Shown: positions 11,931 to 24,931, counted from the whole stretch's first letter. The stretch is DNA of 63,655 nucleotides, filler included, from Atractiella rhizophila (GCA_021432655.1; 39 parts of 39 records of this genome joined end to end with filler, not necessarily neighbours in it), one strand, 5' to 3'. The notes: a model not told the origin generated them from the letters alone. A program made the numbers and translations.

Positions 11931-13470
11931 GTAAATTTCCTTTATTACATTCTAATTACCAGATACTAATACAGAGAAATTTCAGTCATTTTATATGGCT
12001 CAGCTTACCGAAAAGCTAGCTCAGGAAAGAGAGCATGCATTAGAAGACCAAGACAGAGCAAAATCAGAATATGGCGTGCAAGAAGGATGGAGCAGAGGAG
12101 GATATGGTGGTAGTATGATATAACTTAATTGAGCAACGTGATAGTCTCCATTAATGACCGTCAGAGTTGTGTATGCGAACGAAATAGAACAGCTTGCTCC
12201 CTTGCAGCTGTGGGAGGAGAGCGAGCATGGCGGACACAAGCGAGCCAATTGCTTGCTTGCCGCTGGCCACTGGCTTCCCTAGCTCGACGGACCATTGTGA
12301 GGATGTTTTTTTTAAGCACTTGGAGACCTTATAACCAACTCCGGGCAAACTGCATTTGTTTTGAGCCCTCTGGGACTCACTTTTGGAGTCTGATTCCAAA
12401 GGTCCGTTTCGACTGTTGGCGCATTTGTTTTGTGGGGCCCAGCTGAACTCACATCTCACGACCAACACAAGTGGATTATCTGGCCTGCAAATACACTTTG
12501 CTGTGTAGGCGACCTGCACCATACACTTTCAAAATCGTCACCAAATCTTTGCAAAAGCACATAGATTGCAAATAATGACGTACCCCCTGTCCTGTCCATA
12601 CATACTATCACGTGACAGCCTTAAGTCAAAGACGGACACATGCGAGGCAAACGGCCTATTTCACTGCAACACCAACCAAATTACGTACCAATTCAAGATA
12701 GAACAAGGACCAAAAGAAAACTCCATCTTAACCTTAAATAAGAAGACAATGGCGATTGAACAAGATAGAAAATGTGAGCAAGATAAAAGGAAATAGGGCA
12801 ACGTAGGACTTAGGGGAAGGATGTAGGAGATCAGGGTGGAGCCAGGTGGAGCGCTGGAGAGGAGAAAAGCTATAAAAGGGGAAAGTTTAGATGGAAATAT
12901 CATTCCTCACTCGTGCTGTGAGCATCCTACACTTTCATTTGACTTCTTACTTATTCCTCTCATCCTCAGGTGCTTGCTTAGTGTACTTTGGGCCTATTAT
13001 AGTGTTGAAAGCATGTTTGTTTCATTGCAAAACCGCTAGTTTGCTGACCTAGTCCTTTTTCACTAAGCTGCTTCAGTGTTTGCCCGCCAAACGTTTATTC
13101 CCAATTTCGAACTCTCCCTCTAGTCCGGGATAAGCGACTTCAATAAATACTTGGATTTCTTTCTAGAGGTCAGATTGCCTGACGTCCGATTTGCGTTCCA
13201 AAATTTAAGTTGGATCGTGGTGTGTCCAATCTGTGACAAGAGTCTTGCATCCAAAATAGGTCTAAATGGGTCACACCGGTGACGTGGGGCGGCGAAACGG
13301 AGAGCAGAGGGGACGTAGGGGCAGAGAGGTGGCAGGGGTGGTCAGAAGACCTCCCACGCCTCTTCCCGTGNNNNNNNNNNNNNNNNNNNNNNNNNNNNNN
13401 NNNNNNNNNNNNNNTTAATTAATTAANNNNNNNNNNNNNNNNNNNNNNNNNNNNNNNNNNNNNNNNNNNN

Positions 13471-14256
13471 CTCTCCCAACACATTCTCCCCATCCCCTCC
13501 TTCACCCCGCCTCTCCTTGAAAGCAGCAGAAGTGGAAGTGGGAGTAGCAGTGGTCATAGCCCTCGACGGCGGGACGAAGGACGCGGTGCGTCGGGACGCG
13601 TGAGGAGAGTGTGTAGGCGTGGCAACGTGCGGAAAGACGAGGCTGCCGCTTATTGCAGGAGTGGTGGGTATGACGGTGGGGTCGAAGGGTTTGGTCGCTT
13701 TCGAGCGCGGAGGAGTGATGAGTTGAGGAGCAGGCGGGAGGTCCGGGTAGAGGTCTTCGGCTGTGAAGGTGCGGGACATGGTCATCGTTCGTTCTCCCTC
13801 TCCATCTTCCTCCTCCTCCTCCACCTCCTCGTTGTCACTTATAGCATACGACCCTCGCTTTTTTGAGGTGGAGTTGGAGGTGGGACGACTGAACAAAGTG
13901 GAATTCGCGAATCCCGCATCTTCGACTTCGGGATCGGACACCTCTCCAATCCCACTGCTCTCACTAACACCCACCGACCTCTCCCTCTCCCTCTCCCCAT
14001 CCCCCTCCATGCCACCGCTACCACCACCCAAAAGCTCATCCGCGACCTCCGCCTCCGAATCCTCCTTCTTCCCTCCCCAAAAGAAAGACGATATAGATCT
14101 GAGCAGCCCAAAACCACCGGATGACGCGGAGTTCGTGAGCTTGGGACGCTTTGGCGGTTTGGGCGAAGAGTCGGCGGATGAGAGGGTTTGGATGGTTTGG
14201 GGCGTGGTGGAACGCGAACGCCGCGTAGGCCGGGTGCGGGAGCGGCGGCTGGACAT
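13471..14256 (-). CDS. Hypothetical low-complexity (S/T/P/E-rich) protein, N-terminal part
   Basis: Uninterrupted frame from MSSRRSRTRP to the contig end, with an NLS-like PPKRPKL. Confidence 0.65.
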
Positions 14257-16004
14257 CTCTTCTTCGTGGTGAAGAGAGCGCGAAGGGAGGGAGAGGGGCA
14301 GAGGTAGGCGCAAGAGGCAAGAGGCGGAGTGGTTGTTGGAAAACGAAAACAAGGATGAGTGGAATGGGAGCTTAGTGTCTTGTGATGCAAAGAACTAGAG
14401 CAAGACTACTGGTTTGCTTCTTCTCAGTTGCCGCTTCTATAACATGTCGAAAGAAAAAGGATGCTTTGCATGCAAGGTGAAATTGTGTACATTGCAAGGT
14501 CACATGCTGGCTCAGCGACGGAATACGTGTGTAGATATGATCCCACACCTCCACCTTCAGTTAGAATCTTCAATCGCGCTGTCGAGCCTACGACGTCAGG
14601 ATAGTGCTCGACTTCACTTCGAAACCCCCCTAAAGTGAACAAGAGCGATCCTTGTCGAGATTTCTCCGGAAGGTCAAGCGGTGGTAGTCAAATCCACCAG
14701 CTGCGTTTTAGCACTTTGTCATGACCTCGACAAATTCTCTGACCATATGGACATCTCACCCCTCGCCTGTCCTTCCTACACGAAGGAAGAGGGCATCTTC
14801 GTCGTCAAATGCGCGGCCCCCATCTGGGATATGATAAACGAAGAGTATTTTGTGGATATCGGGCATGATCATAGGAAGCTGCCGAAGTACAAACGTACTA
14901 AGTGAGCGGGTAAGGGGGCGAAGTTGTGGCGGAAAGAGGTAAGTCTTTCTTGTACGCCCTCCTCTTTGATAGCGTAACCAATTGGGCCAAGGATCGAGCA
15001 TCGAGGATATCAAACTACTTATGTTTCGGTNNNNNNNNNNNNNNNNNNNNNNNNNNNNNNNNNNNNNNNNNNNNTTAATTAATTAANNNNNNNNNNNNNN
15101 NNNNNNNNNNNNNNNNNNNNNNNNNNNNNNCAACCTGCTTCTTGCCACACAATTCTAAGGTTTCGACTTTGGGCCTTCCATCTGGGTTCTTGGAAACAAA
15201 TCAATCGACAAAAATCGAAGCCACTTCAAAATACGGATTTTAGGTAGTTTTAAGGACTAGTTTTAGGAGGAAGACATGATATAAGGCAGACCGAATCAAG
15301 TTGTAGCGTTGTTGGAAAGCTGTGTCGTTCAGGTGAGTGGTAGTTTTCTGCGAGATTCCTTACGCAGTATTAGGCAGCTGAGAACCTGTTTTATTTTTGT
15401 GTTCACGGCTGACGTGTATGGGTATGTGTCCCTTGCTGACAAGATCGCGAATTACCACCTGTTGTCTGCCTGTCGACACGAGATGCAGTGTTCTAAACGC
15501 TTGCATCTCCAGCAATCAACCGCTCTGTAAACAGTTTTACCTCGAATAATCCTTCATGACTATCATAGATCTCCGCCAATGCAATGCTATATCTCATGGT
15601 TCTGCTCAAGCTACATAGTTCCATTAGCGTTAACTTGCAGGCTATTGATGTCTTATGGTAGAACTTGCATTCAGAAGCAGAGGAGAACCGTGCATTTCGT
15701 ATACATACAAATACAGCTTACTGTTTCCAGCAGGGGAAACATTCTTTGAACACACAATTCGTTGTTTTACTTCTTTACACATTGAAAGCTTGTTGATACA
15801 CCTTCTTCCTAACATTGGCGTATGGATTGGTCTGGTTCGTCTTGTGCAAAGAGTCGCCGTCCTGTCGTTGTTAAACGTTAGTTTCTGATTGATGGAATAG
15901 AGTGACACCAACACTTCCACAACCAACTGCTGTCACTGTCGTTGTCGTTGCCATAGTCGCTGTCCCAAGTTCTTAATTGTCGCAATCAGAATGGTCACGC
16001 CAAC

Positions 16005-16686
16005 TCACCTGCTCTCATCATCATCCTTGCGTCTCAAGATCCATATTTGACCCTCATCCTTGACAGTGCTTGGCCATAGATCCTTGATGTCGGAGTGATG
16101 TTGATAGCCAAACGACATTGTGATTCGCACAAAGGAGGCCGCTCTTCCTATGAGCTCATACCCGTGATCCTCAATAGCCATTTCGATCCCCTCCTCAGTG
16201 TAATGGCTCTGGCTCTTTCCTTTTCTGTTACTCATGTAACTGCAGCGGGGGTCCAGGGTTCCAAGATAGAAATGGCTACCGGGTGATTGAACTTTGCTTG
16301 CAGACTGAAGTGTTGCATAAATGAGATATTCTGGGTGAAGACTCCACGGAAAGTTGAAAAAGAGGTCGAGGCCATTTAGAATCGACTTTATTGCTTGGGG
16401 GGACTGTTCAAGTTTGGTTGCGTCCACTTCGTAAAAGAAATGCTGGTTGAAATGGTCCAGTTCGCTGAAATTATCGGTTCCATCGGTCGTTGTTGCTCCT
16501 CCCTCCTCATCTTCTTCCAAGCGGTTAATCACTGCTCTGCTTGCAGCCTCCCACATCTCATCAGTTATTTCAGAAGAGTTTGGTCCCGGTATAACACATC
16601 GTTTCTCCCTTAAGCCTACCATTCGATCCCTCAGGCTTTTCCACGTTTCCTTCTGGCGGGCATTAGGCTCTCGTGAAACAAACATG
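16005..16686 (-). CDS. Hypothetical protein, C-terminal part
   Basis: 226-aa open frame running from the contig edge to a stop. No family recognised. Confidence 0.55.
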
Positions 16687-16848
16687 NNNNNNNNNNNNNN
16701 NNNNNNNNNNNNNNNNNNNNNNNNNNNNNNTTAATTAATTAANNNNNNNNNNNNNNNNNNNNNNNNNNNNNNNNNNNNNNNNNNNNATATCAAGTTGTTT
16801 TAAATATCAACCTACCCTGAACTACCGACGCGTCTCAATAACTCAAGC

Positions 16849-18341
16849 ATGGACAAAAACATGATGGACTCCCTCGTCAATTCTTCCAAGCGAATGGCTG
16901 AATTGCTGGGGAGCTCATCAGGCGGTGGAGGAGGAGACCTTCCGCCTTTACGTCTTGGACTCGAGGCAGTTGAAGCAGAATCTCGCCGTTTACTTTCGAG
17001 AGCTCAACCTCAGAAACAAAATGATACAAAAGCGTACGCTGCATTTTTCACTGTCAGCCCAGGCAGTAATGCTTCTTTTAGCGCCTTTCTACTTGCTGGA
17101 GTTGGTGTCAATGTGGACGAGCTGATGCGAGATGTCACTGATGTCAATCTCGTGAACACCTTTGAGCCGCTGAAACCAATCCATGACACAGACATCGAGG
17201 TGAGGTTTACAATATGACTTCCCAAAATCTGATCTCCGTCATGTAGGGATACCTTCAACATGAGCATGAGCAACACATAATATCTGCCATCGAGGAAGGT
17301 CGACGTCAAACAGCTCAGGACTTTTACAAACAGATGAACAACTCTGTCCACGCTTCATGGGCAAAGCAAAGAGCACGAATATTCGAGGACTTGCTCGTCC
17401 ATAATCCCGCTCTGTCTCAGCACATGAACGAGGATACGCACGCTGGCATACTTAAGGACAGTGCTGGCCTTCCTGCTTCACGTTCAGCAGCTTCTTTTGG
17501 TTGGTGGTGTTCTTGAGTTCTCGTGCTCAGGTTTGCTGATGAGCAGTAGACGGTCAGCGTCAAATGGCGGGATCGCTTCGGATGCATCCTCAGATGCTTC
17601 GTTATTACCTTGTTGTTGAACGTTTACATCAGCACCGTAAACAGAGGCAGCCATATCCCCTGGCTACTGCATTCCTTGATGCCTCGCAACCATCTGGGAC
17701 TGATTTCGTAAATTGTTCCGCCTCTGTGACATGCAAGTTCTGAAGAGAACGACAGAAATCGGTTGCTATTCAGAGACTGTGGCAAATTGTTGGGAAGCAA
17801 GTGGGGGAACGCGAAGTCGCCAATGGAGAATTTCAGCGGGAAACGGTGACAGAGAGACAATATGCCCAAATTTATTGCATGGAAGTGGATTCACCGGCAT
17901 GGTCACATCTCCAGCAGCAGATAGCCCAAGGCAGCCGAGCTTTTCTGGAAGATCAGTGCGTACACCTTGGTTGCTGAACGCATCTTAAGAGTTGTAACAG
18001 ATTTCTTCAGCATATGGAACGAGAGATAATGTCTCGACCAGTGGAAGCCGGCTTGGGTGGGGTACCGACCATCGAGAACAAAGTCCGTGCATATCTGAAC
18101 ATCAAATTTCAGAAGGAGTCAGCCGCAGGTCTCGAGGTAACAATTGAATCTAACGGTTTTGTCCTGCTGAAAAAGCTTGCTAGATGATTAACAACGTCCC
18201 TATTTGGGCCCGTCTCTTCTATCTTCTGCGTGCAGGTCATGCACAGGAGGCAGTCAATTATGCCATTGATCCCTCTAACCAGTTAGAAAGTCTGGAGCGC
18301 AATTTCGGCACTTACTTCAAAGCCTGGTTCGAAGCAACGGA
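16849..18341 (+). CDS. NIC96: Nucleoporin Nic96/Nup93, N-terminal multi-exon part
   Basis: DLPPLRLGLEAVEAESRRL, DTDIEGYLQHEHEQHIISAIEEGRRQT, LGGVPTIENKVRAYL and PIWARLFYLLRAGHAQEA. Confidence 0.9.
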
Positions 18342-20091
18342 NNNNNNNNNNNNNNNNNNNNNNNNNNNNNNNNNNNNNNNNNNNNTTAATTAATTAANNN
18401 NNNNNNNNNNNNNNNNNNNNNNNNNNNNNNNNNNNNNNNNNTAGAGCTGTTGATGGGTAAATCTGGGTGAGGCTTGCGGCTTGCGGTGTTCTTGACGACA
18501 ATACCATGGGTTGGGTTCCATGTATCGTAAAAAAGCAGGACAAAGAGATACTCTGTAACATCTTTCCACGTTCGAGGGCCTCCTGACTGATCAGCATGGA
18601 TATCTTTTTAGCGAGTGCACCTTCTTACCATCGTATTGACTATAAGCCAAATTGGTAACACTTAATTGATAGAGTACAGATCCTCCTGGAATAGAGGCTT
18701 GCTGGATTCCTAATATTACCTCATTACTAAGGAATACTTCTATATTGCTTTCATATGGAACATACCTGGAATAGCATTTTGACGGGACTTCTGGGTTTGG
18801 CTTGATAGCTGCTTGATATCGAACTTTGGATTCTACAGATCCTGCAGAGCATGAACACAGACCCTAACAATATTAAATATCACCCACCTCTTCCTCTTGT
18901 ATTTGGTAGTACCGTTAAATTGCCAACATCGACAGGTTCCTTGTTTCTTCTGTTCCACTCATCAAAACAAGCCTGACACCAATGTCATATCTCCTCTTGT
19001 GATCCAGCTCTGCCTTTCACTGCGACCAGATCTGAGAGGCGATATAAATCTTTTGGCTTCCGGCAGCTACTTTTCTGATATCTATGATATGTTTGTCCTG
19101 GGAGAACGGTAAGTTCACTGATATCTACAGTGTTCATCATTGGCCCAATCTTGACTGATGGATTGTCACAAAATTTGAGGCTAGATACAGAGACTTCATA
19201 TTGAGGCGGTTGTCTCTGACTACAGCAGTTGTGGCTGAAGCTTTTGTTGTCTAGTTTTCAATATCATCCACTTCATTATGCCTCCTATGAGAGAAAGACC
19301 ATGTCCTGCTCCGCCCGCAGGCTTTGATACTACCTCAAGCTCTACTTCTCAGCCAAAGCAGAAAAATCAATATAGTGTTAAACGTAAGTGTCTTAATATG
19401 TGTAAATGTTATAGTGCTCAACTCTTACATGAACATATGATTGTAGCGAGTAGTACTATTCTAGTACCTTTGATCAAGAAATATCAGCAGAGAGGCGAAA
19501 CTGAGGGAAACTCGCTCATGTTTATTAAATGCAGAGCTAGCAAAAATGAAGGAGAATTCCATCAGGTGAATAGTGATACGATCAAAGTGAATGTTAGTCC
19601 TGATTGCGTTTAAGTCTATCACATTTACAGTGAGTTAAATGAGTGAAAATCTTCAAGGAGCTCAAGGTTCTGGGCACCAAACAGACGAATCTTGGAAACT
19701 GTATGCTCTGGAGATCATGACCAGGTTTCCAAATATCAGGAGCGGGCTGCTCCTTTCTCATCTACGTCAACAGATGATTCTGATTCCTCAGTATGTTTTA
19801 ACCATGAATAGATATAACCTAATCATTTCAGCGGCCATAGTGACACTGTGCGAGAATTTGTAAGAGAAAATAAGTTGGAGAGTTCTATGCCCAATAAAAG
19901 AGTTGGAGCCCGCAAACATTTCTGGGTTGTTGGAAAGAATGATCGCTGGACATTCGATCAGCATGACAAGGTCGGTTAAATATCCATAGTCNNNNNNNNN
20001 NNNNNNNNNNNNNNNNNNNNNNNNNNNNNNNNNNNTTAATTAATTAANNNNNNNNNNNNNNNNNNNNNNNNNNNNNNNNNNNNNNNNNNNN

Positions 20092-20330
20092 AGGTGCAAT
20101 TTGAAGGGAAATCCCTTCAACTGGCTTTTTTTCAGCCATATGAGTGGAAACGGCGCCATGATCTCACCGGAATGCCATATTTTAAGCGGCAATACCGACT
20201 CGAAGTCATAGAGGTTACGGCTATCTTGCAAAGTTGTTATTTTCAGCCAGATGGAATGGAGCGTTCTCACGTACACCTTAATGATCTGGCAGAGCCTGAC
20301 CTTTCACTTCGTTTGAGGGGACTTGATTAG
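20092..20330 (+). mobile_element. Possible C-terminus of a basidiomycete DNA-transposon protein (Plavaka-like)
   Basis: ...LAFFQPY...TGMP...VIEVTAILQSCYFQP...HLNDLAEPDLSLRL* resembles the NDlxdxDmfLRL tail of such transposases. The fragment is short. Confidence 0.4.
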
Positions 20331-20900
20331 CTGTAACTACTGTTCAACAAGCTGCCAGTGTAACTAAATGATATTGTTCACAAAGAGCCATAGTAGTACC
20401 ATTTCTCACATTCGCTTTGATGGATTCCTGCCGGTGAGGAGAGCGAAGAAAGGTTAATGGATCGAGTAGATTACGAGCCAGACAATCTCTGAGGAGCTGT
20501 CCGAGTCAGCAACAGAACGAAATGAAAGATACAGGTCGACGCTGCTAAGGACTCGTCAGCTTTAGAACTGAGATGTATACAGACCTCTCAACGAGGGTCC
20601 TTAATAGCTTCTGAAATATCCACCGTCGACCACTTATCGTGACCGGCTTTTTCAGGATGCGACATCATACATTGGTAGGTCATACGAGGTATCAACACCT
20701 CGACAAGCTGATCGATGGTGGATCAAGGGACGTGGCAGTTGTTCAGATCCTCAGGCATTCACCCCAATGACCAGGCACTGCTCAGCCATAACGCAGTTTA
20801 GCGCGATGCATGCTCAGCTCTGGTCAGCGCAATTTCTCTGATCAGACAGACTATGTTTTTGTGATGTTGAAGACAGTAGAGTACATATGGTGAGTCTGTG

Positions 20901-20993
20901 CTTGCCGAAGGCAAGGCCCCACGCAGTGGCTGCCAGAGGCAAGAGCTCCACGCAGTGGCCGCCGGAGGCTGGGGTCCAAGGGGCAAAGCCCCT
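20901..20993. repeat. GC-rich cluster of six triloop mini-hairpins including a 22-bp direct repeat
   Basis: CTTGCC-GAA-GGCAAG, CCAC-GCA-GTGG twice, GCC-AGA-GGC, GCC-GGA-GGC and AGGGGC-AAA-GCCCCT. The repeat copies are 20919-20940 and 20948-20969. Confidence 0.8.
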
Positions 20994-21884
20994 GGCGGGG
21001 GGGGATGCACGAGGGACGAGGGCACTGACACACTTGTTGTCATCATAGAGGTAGAACGAGTCTAACCAATAAAAGGCCGAAGACAGTCAACCCGAAGTAA
21101 CCCTGGTGCTCTCTTCTCTCTTTCCTTCCTCCTTCGCCGAGACTTGATGAGCCTATCGGATGCTGAGAGCTGTCAAGGATCGGATCTCACGTCATGGCCA
21201 AAGGTCAAAATGAGGTAAATGAGGTATAAAAGCACCTTGCCATCCCCAAACACTCTGTAAGACCTGTCGGATCCAGCAAGGTGAAGAAACAAAATATGGC
21301 GTGCTTGAACATCCCCCAACTTCGGTGGTGAGGGCAAGGATGTGTGAGAAATGGCCCTCAGGGGCTAGTAGACTTCGGAGTGTGAGTCATGCCAATTATA
21401 AAACCAAGATCTAACCCCTTGGGGCCGCGGTGACTTGTGACGTCCCAAGTTCAAGTTGGTCGATTTCGATTTCGATGGCCACGAGTCCGAGTCCCCCCCC
21501 TACTCTTCGTCTCAAAGCTACAACTCCCCCCGCTAGCAACACCACCAATCCCTCTCTAATAAAACCTACCCCGAAGCGGCTGGCTAGTAGCTCCAATCAT
21601 GACGGTCAAATCATTCCAGCGACAGAGAACGAAGATGCCNNNNNNNNNNNNNNNNNNNNNNNNNNNNNNNNNNNNNNNNNNNNTTAATTAATTAANNNNN
21701 NNNNNNNNNNNNNNNNNNNNNNNNNNNNNNNNNNNNNNNGAAGTTGAACAATCCTAAGTCTGATTTGCTGTTTAGGATATAGCTATTTAATTATTCATTG
21801 CATTTTCATTCAGTCTTCTATCCTTGGAAACAGTATGAAGGGAAAGTCCATGAAAATGTTATCAAAATCAGCCACAATAGGCTA

Positions 21885-22583
21885 CTAGAAATCTTGAGTA
21901 TGAGTATTTATGATGAAATGAAGTTGAAATACATACTGGTGGCTCAGGCGTGCCCCTGGTAGAAACTTGCTCTCTCGCTGGCCTTGTAGAACTATCGGAC
22001 TGTTGACTGACACGACTATTGAAGACAGTTGAAGTGAAGTAAAAAAATTGCAGTACAGATAAGCTTGATGGTGCAAGCATATATAAAGACTGACCTTGTT
22101 ATGTAACAGCGCCTTCAAATCTGATTCTTTCTCAACCCGTATCAGAAGTAATGGTCGGTCATGTATTTCCTGAGTTAAACTTGACCATGCTGAAGTTAGC
22201 ATACCCTGTACTGTTTCAAAATCTGGAACAGGCAGAGTTGCCTCCGAAAGTGGAACAATTTGCTGCTGAATAGCTGTCCATTGGTTCCAGAGTCTTGTGG
22301 CACAGTATAAATCATCCTTGAGTTGTCTCTTCAGATCCACATTTGCCTTTTTAGTTGTGTTTCTATATTGGAAGTTAATATTTCTCTTTATTTTTTGCAG
22401 TGATTTGACAACTGTCGTGACGTTCTGATGAATCAAAGATGGGAAGTGAGATCTAGATTGATTCTTTGTCTTCTGACACAATGTTTGCCAAATTTGTTGC
22501 TGTCGTTGATCACTATTTACCGCTCTAGACATAAAAGAGTTCTGAGAGGGTGCGTGAATTGAGATTGACTGTGCCTCAGCCAA
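21885..22583 (-). CDS. Hypothetical or decayed ORF, possibly transposon-derived
   Basis: 232-aa open frame in an AT-richer contig whose upstream part is broken by stops. Confidence 0.35.
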   Translation of the reverse strand: MAEAQSISIHAPSQNSFMSRAVNSDQRQQQIWQTLCQKTKNQSRSHFPSLIHQNVTTVVKSLQKIKRNINFQYRNTTKKANVDLKRQLKDDLYCATRLWNQWTAIQQQIVPLSEATLPVPDFETVQGMLTSAWSSLTQEIHDRPLLLIRVEKESDLKALLHNKVSLYICLHHQAYLYCNFFTSLQLSSIVVSVNSPIVLQGQRESKFLPGARLSHQYVFQLHFIINTHTQDF

Positions 22584-23386
22584 CCTTAGATTTGCAGCAT
22601 CTCGAAAATCTATACTCCTCCATCTAATGGTCTCATCACTGACAAGTCACCACTTTGAATCAAATCACATACTCGATAATGGCCTGCGGCAGTGGTGATC
22701 CTACCCCAATTGATAGGCATGAGCTCCTTCAACTAATTTGATGAATGTGCGAGTTGATCCCAGACATTCCGAGGGATAGGACATAAAGCTGGAACTGAAG
22801 ATGTCTAGAACCAGCCAATTGAATCCTTATTTGTCAACCAATCTTAATATACTCTATTTGTAAGCTTGACAAAGTAAAGCAGAATAAATCAAACCTTTTA
22901 GAATGGTGTTGTCAGCTGCTAGCTCTTGCACAACCACATACCACAAACGAAAATCTAATTCGGAGAAGCAATTCATGAACTGTTTCATAAAATTGTCCGA
23001 TAGTCTTTGCCTTGATGGGAGCAGCGCTGATCAGATCCTCATACACAAGATATTGATGTCGCTTCACATCGGGCTGATGAGAATCATTGTAAAGAACTTG
23101 AAATTTGGCTTGAATAGTAGGCTCTGTAACGAGTGAAGAAACCATAGATTGGAGATTCCTAAATAGATATCAGAATATGGCTATACTGGTAGGTAGTGAA
23201 GTCTTACCGGTTAACATGAGTCTCACATGTTAAGGATGTATGAGAGATTGTATCTGCTGTAGAAGGTGGCCAAGATGGAGTCAGCTNNNNNNNNNNNNNN
23301 NNNNNNNNNNNNNNNNNNNNNNNNNNNNNNTTAATTAATTAANNNNNNNNNNNNNNNNNNNNNNNNNNNNNNNNNNNNNNNNNNNN

Positions 23387-23835
23387 AGGTTGAGGCGTGT
23401 GGTATCGGGTCAACGGGCATGCTGATCTGTCAGGGTATTAGCCTACAGCTCCAATATTCGCGCCGATGAGCAGAAAAGGCGTACATTCTCGGTATTGACG
23501 TGATCACCACTGACAACCACAATGGGAGGACTGATCGGACTGCTGTGCGCTGGATTCCTGGCAGGAGCGGCACCTGCAGGCATCTGACCTGGTTGCTTCA
23601 GCTGTTGGCCCTGCTGCTGCAACAGGTGCCAATCCGGTGGTATCCTCCCACTCGCCTGCATGTTCAGAATACCTGATCCTGGCCTCACTCCGGATGAATT
23701 CGTCTGCGCATTTTGGTAGCTGTTGCTACTCTGACCATTCTGCGTCGGATGTTGATGTTGAACTTGAGGCTGACCGTAATACTGGTGTTGCTCCTGCGGC
23801 TTTTGGCCCTTGCTGGCTCCCCAAAACTTCTTCAT
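23387..23835 (-). CDS. Hypothetical Q/N/P-rich protein, N-terminal part
   Basis: MKKFWGASKGQKPQEQHQYYGQPQ... open frame followed by a GTACGC splice donor. Confidence 0.6.
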
Positions 23836-23943
23836 ACTCGCTGTCGTCGATTGCAGAAGGTTGTTATGTCAGACTCGCAGCCCTCAGGGGGCATATCCTC
23901 GAACACGTCAATAAACGAGCCTCACACGAAGCTGGTTAGAGAA

Positions 23944-24931
23944 ATGGTTACAATTCTCGCTCCAGTGGCCTATCTGGCATTCCTAATAGGCTCATTATAC
24001 ACTTTTTCTAAAGTTTACAGGAGGAGGAAAGCAGGTACTGTCGTTCTCTCGTTGCAAGGCTTCCAGATAGCTAATTTATGCGACTAGCTGCTGCAACGTC
24101 TGCAAAACCTTGGTTCCCTCCTCATCATGAAAGAGACCTTTATATATCCCTGTTATCCATGGAACCCCCACCTCCGGACTCGTTGCTCAAGGCCGCACTG
24201 CTTAACAGAGCATTTCAAGACATTAAGCGTCTGATGCGCCTTAATCAAGCCAAAGCGGCCTTGTCTACTCTGCTTCAGAAAGGGCAAGTCGGAGACGATA
24301 TCTGGAATCGCTTCCTGGAGGCGGAGAAGGAGCATCAAGCCGAATTGCAGGAGGTCGTTCAGGAAGCGAACACTTTCAGGGAAGGGTGGGGTCAATTCAT
24401 TTTTGTTACCGCGAATGAGATGGTAAGCCACACCTTTCAGAAGGAGAACTATGCGAGTGTGGAAAAGGAAGGCAATGGTGTGTCCATCATATTCTGCAAA
24501 TGACCGAGCTCTGAAAATGCCTCCAGACGATGCCGAAGACGTGTCGCTCCTAAACCTTCCTGCCAATCCATCCAATCGACTACTCTGTCAGCCTCCGAAG
24601 CTACCAGACAACATCAAGATCAGTATTCCGCAGCCCCCTCAGCTCGTCCAGCAGGCTGCTTTACAGCAACAGCAACAACGCGCGCACGCTCATCCTCATC
24701 CTCATCCTCATCCGCATCCACATCTTCAAGGCGTTGGCTCCCCAAGTCCAGCACCTGCTAGAGCACAAGCGCTCCCTCCGACTGCGACACCTCCGAGAGT
24801 TCCATCGTTAGTAAATGGCGCGGCAGAATCGATATCGCCTTTTAAAACGCCGTCGCAAGCTGGTTCTGTGATCGACGACAGCGTTAGCGAAGCTGGAACA
24901 TCTGATGTTGGGGATACCCAGCAGGGATCCA
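23944..24931 (+). CDS. SEC66: Sec62/63 complex subunit Sec66 (Sec71) with a long low-complexity C-terminal tail
   Basis: N-terminal TM segment (PVAYLAFLIGSLYTFSKVYRRRK), PWFPPHHERDLYISLL, LLKAALLNRA, LLQKGQVGDDIWNRF and EANTFREGWGQFIF. Confidence 0.9.

Noticed and set aside
12773..13240. Possible solo LTR (TG start, TATAAAAG, AATAAA)
   Set aside because: No TSD, PBS/PPT or second copy is visible to fix the boundaries.
13600..14390. Several overlapping long ORFs in different frames
   Set aside because: Low-complexity GC-rich coding sequence gives stop-poor shadow frames. Only 13471-14256 (-) looks like a real protein.
18442..19991. Decayed transposase-like sequence with CxxC fragments
   Set aside because: Too many stops and no diagnostic motif to assign a family.
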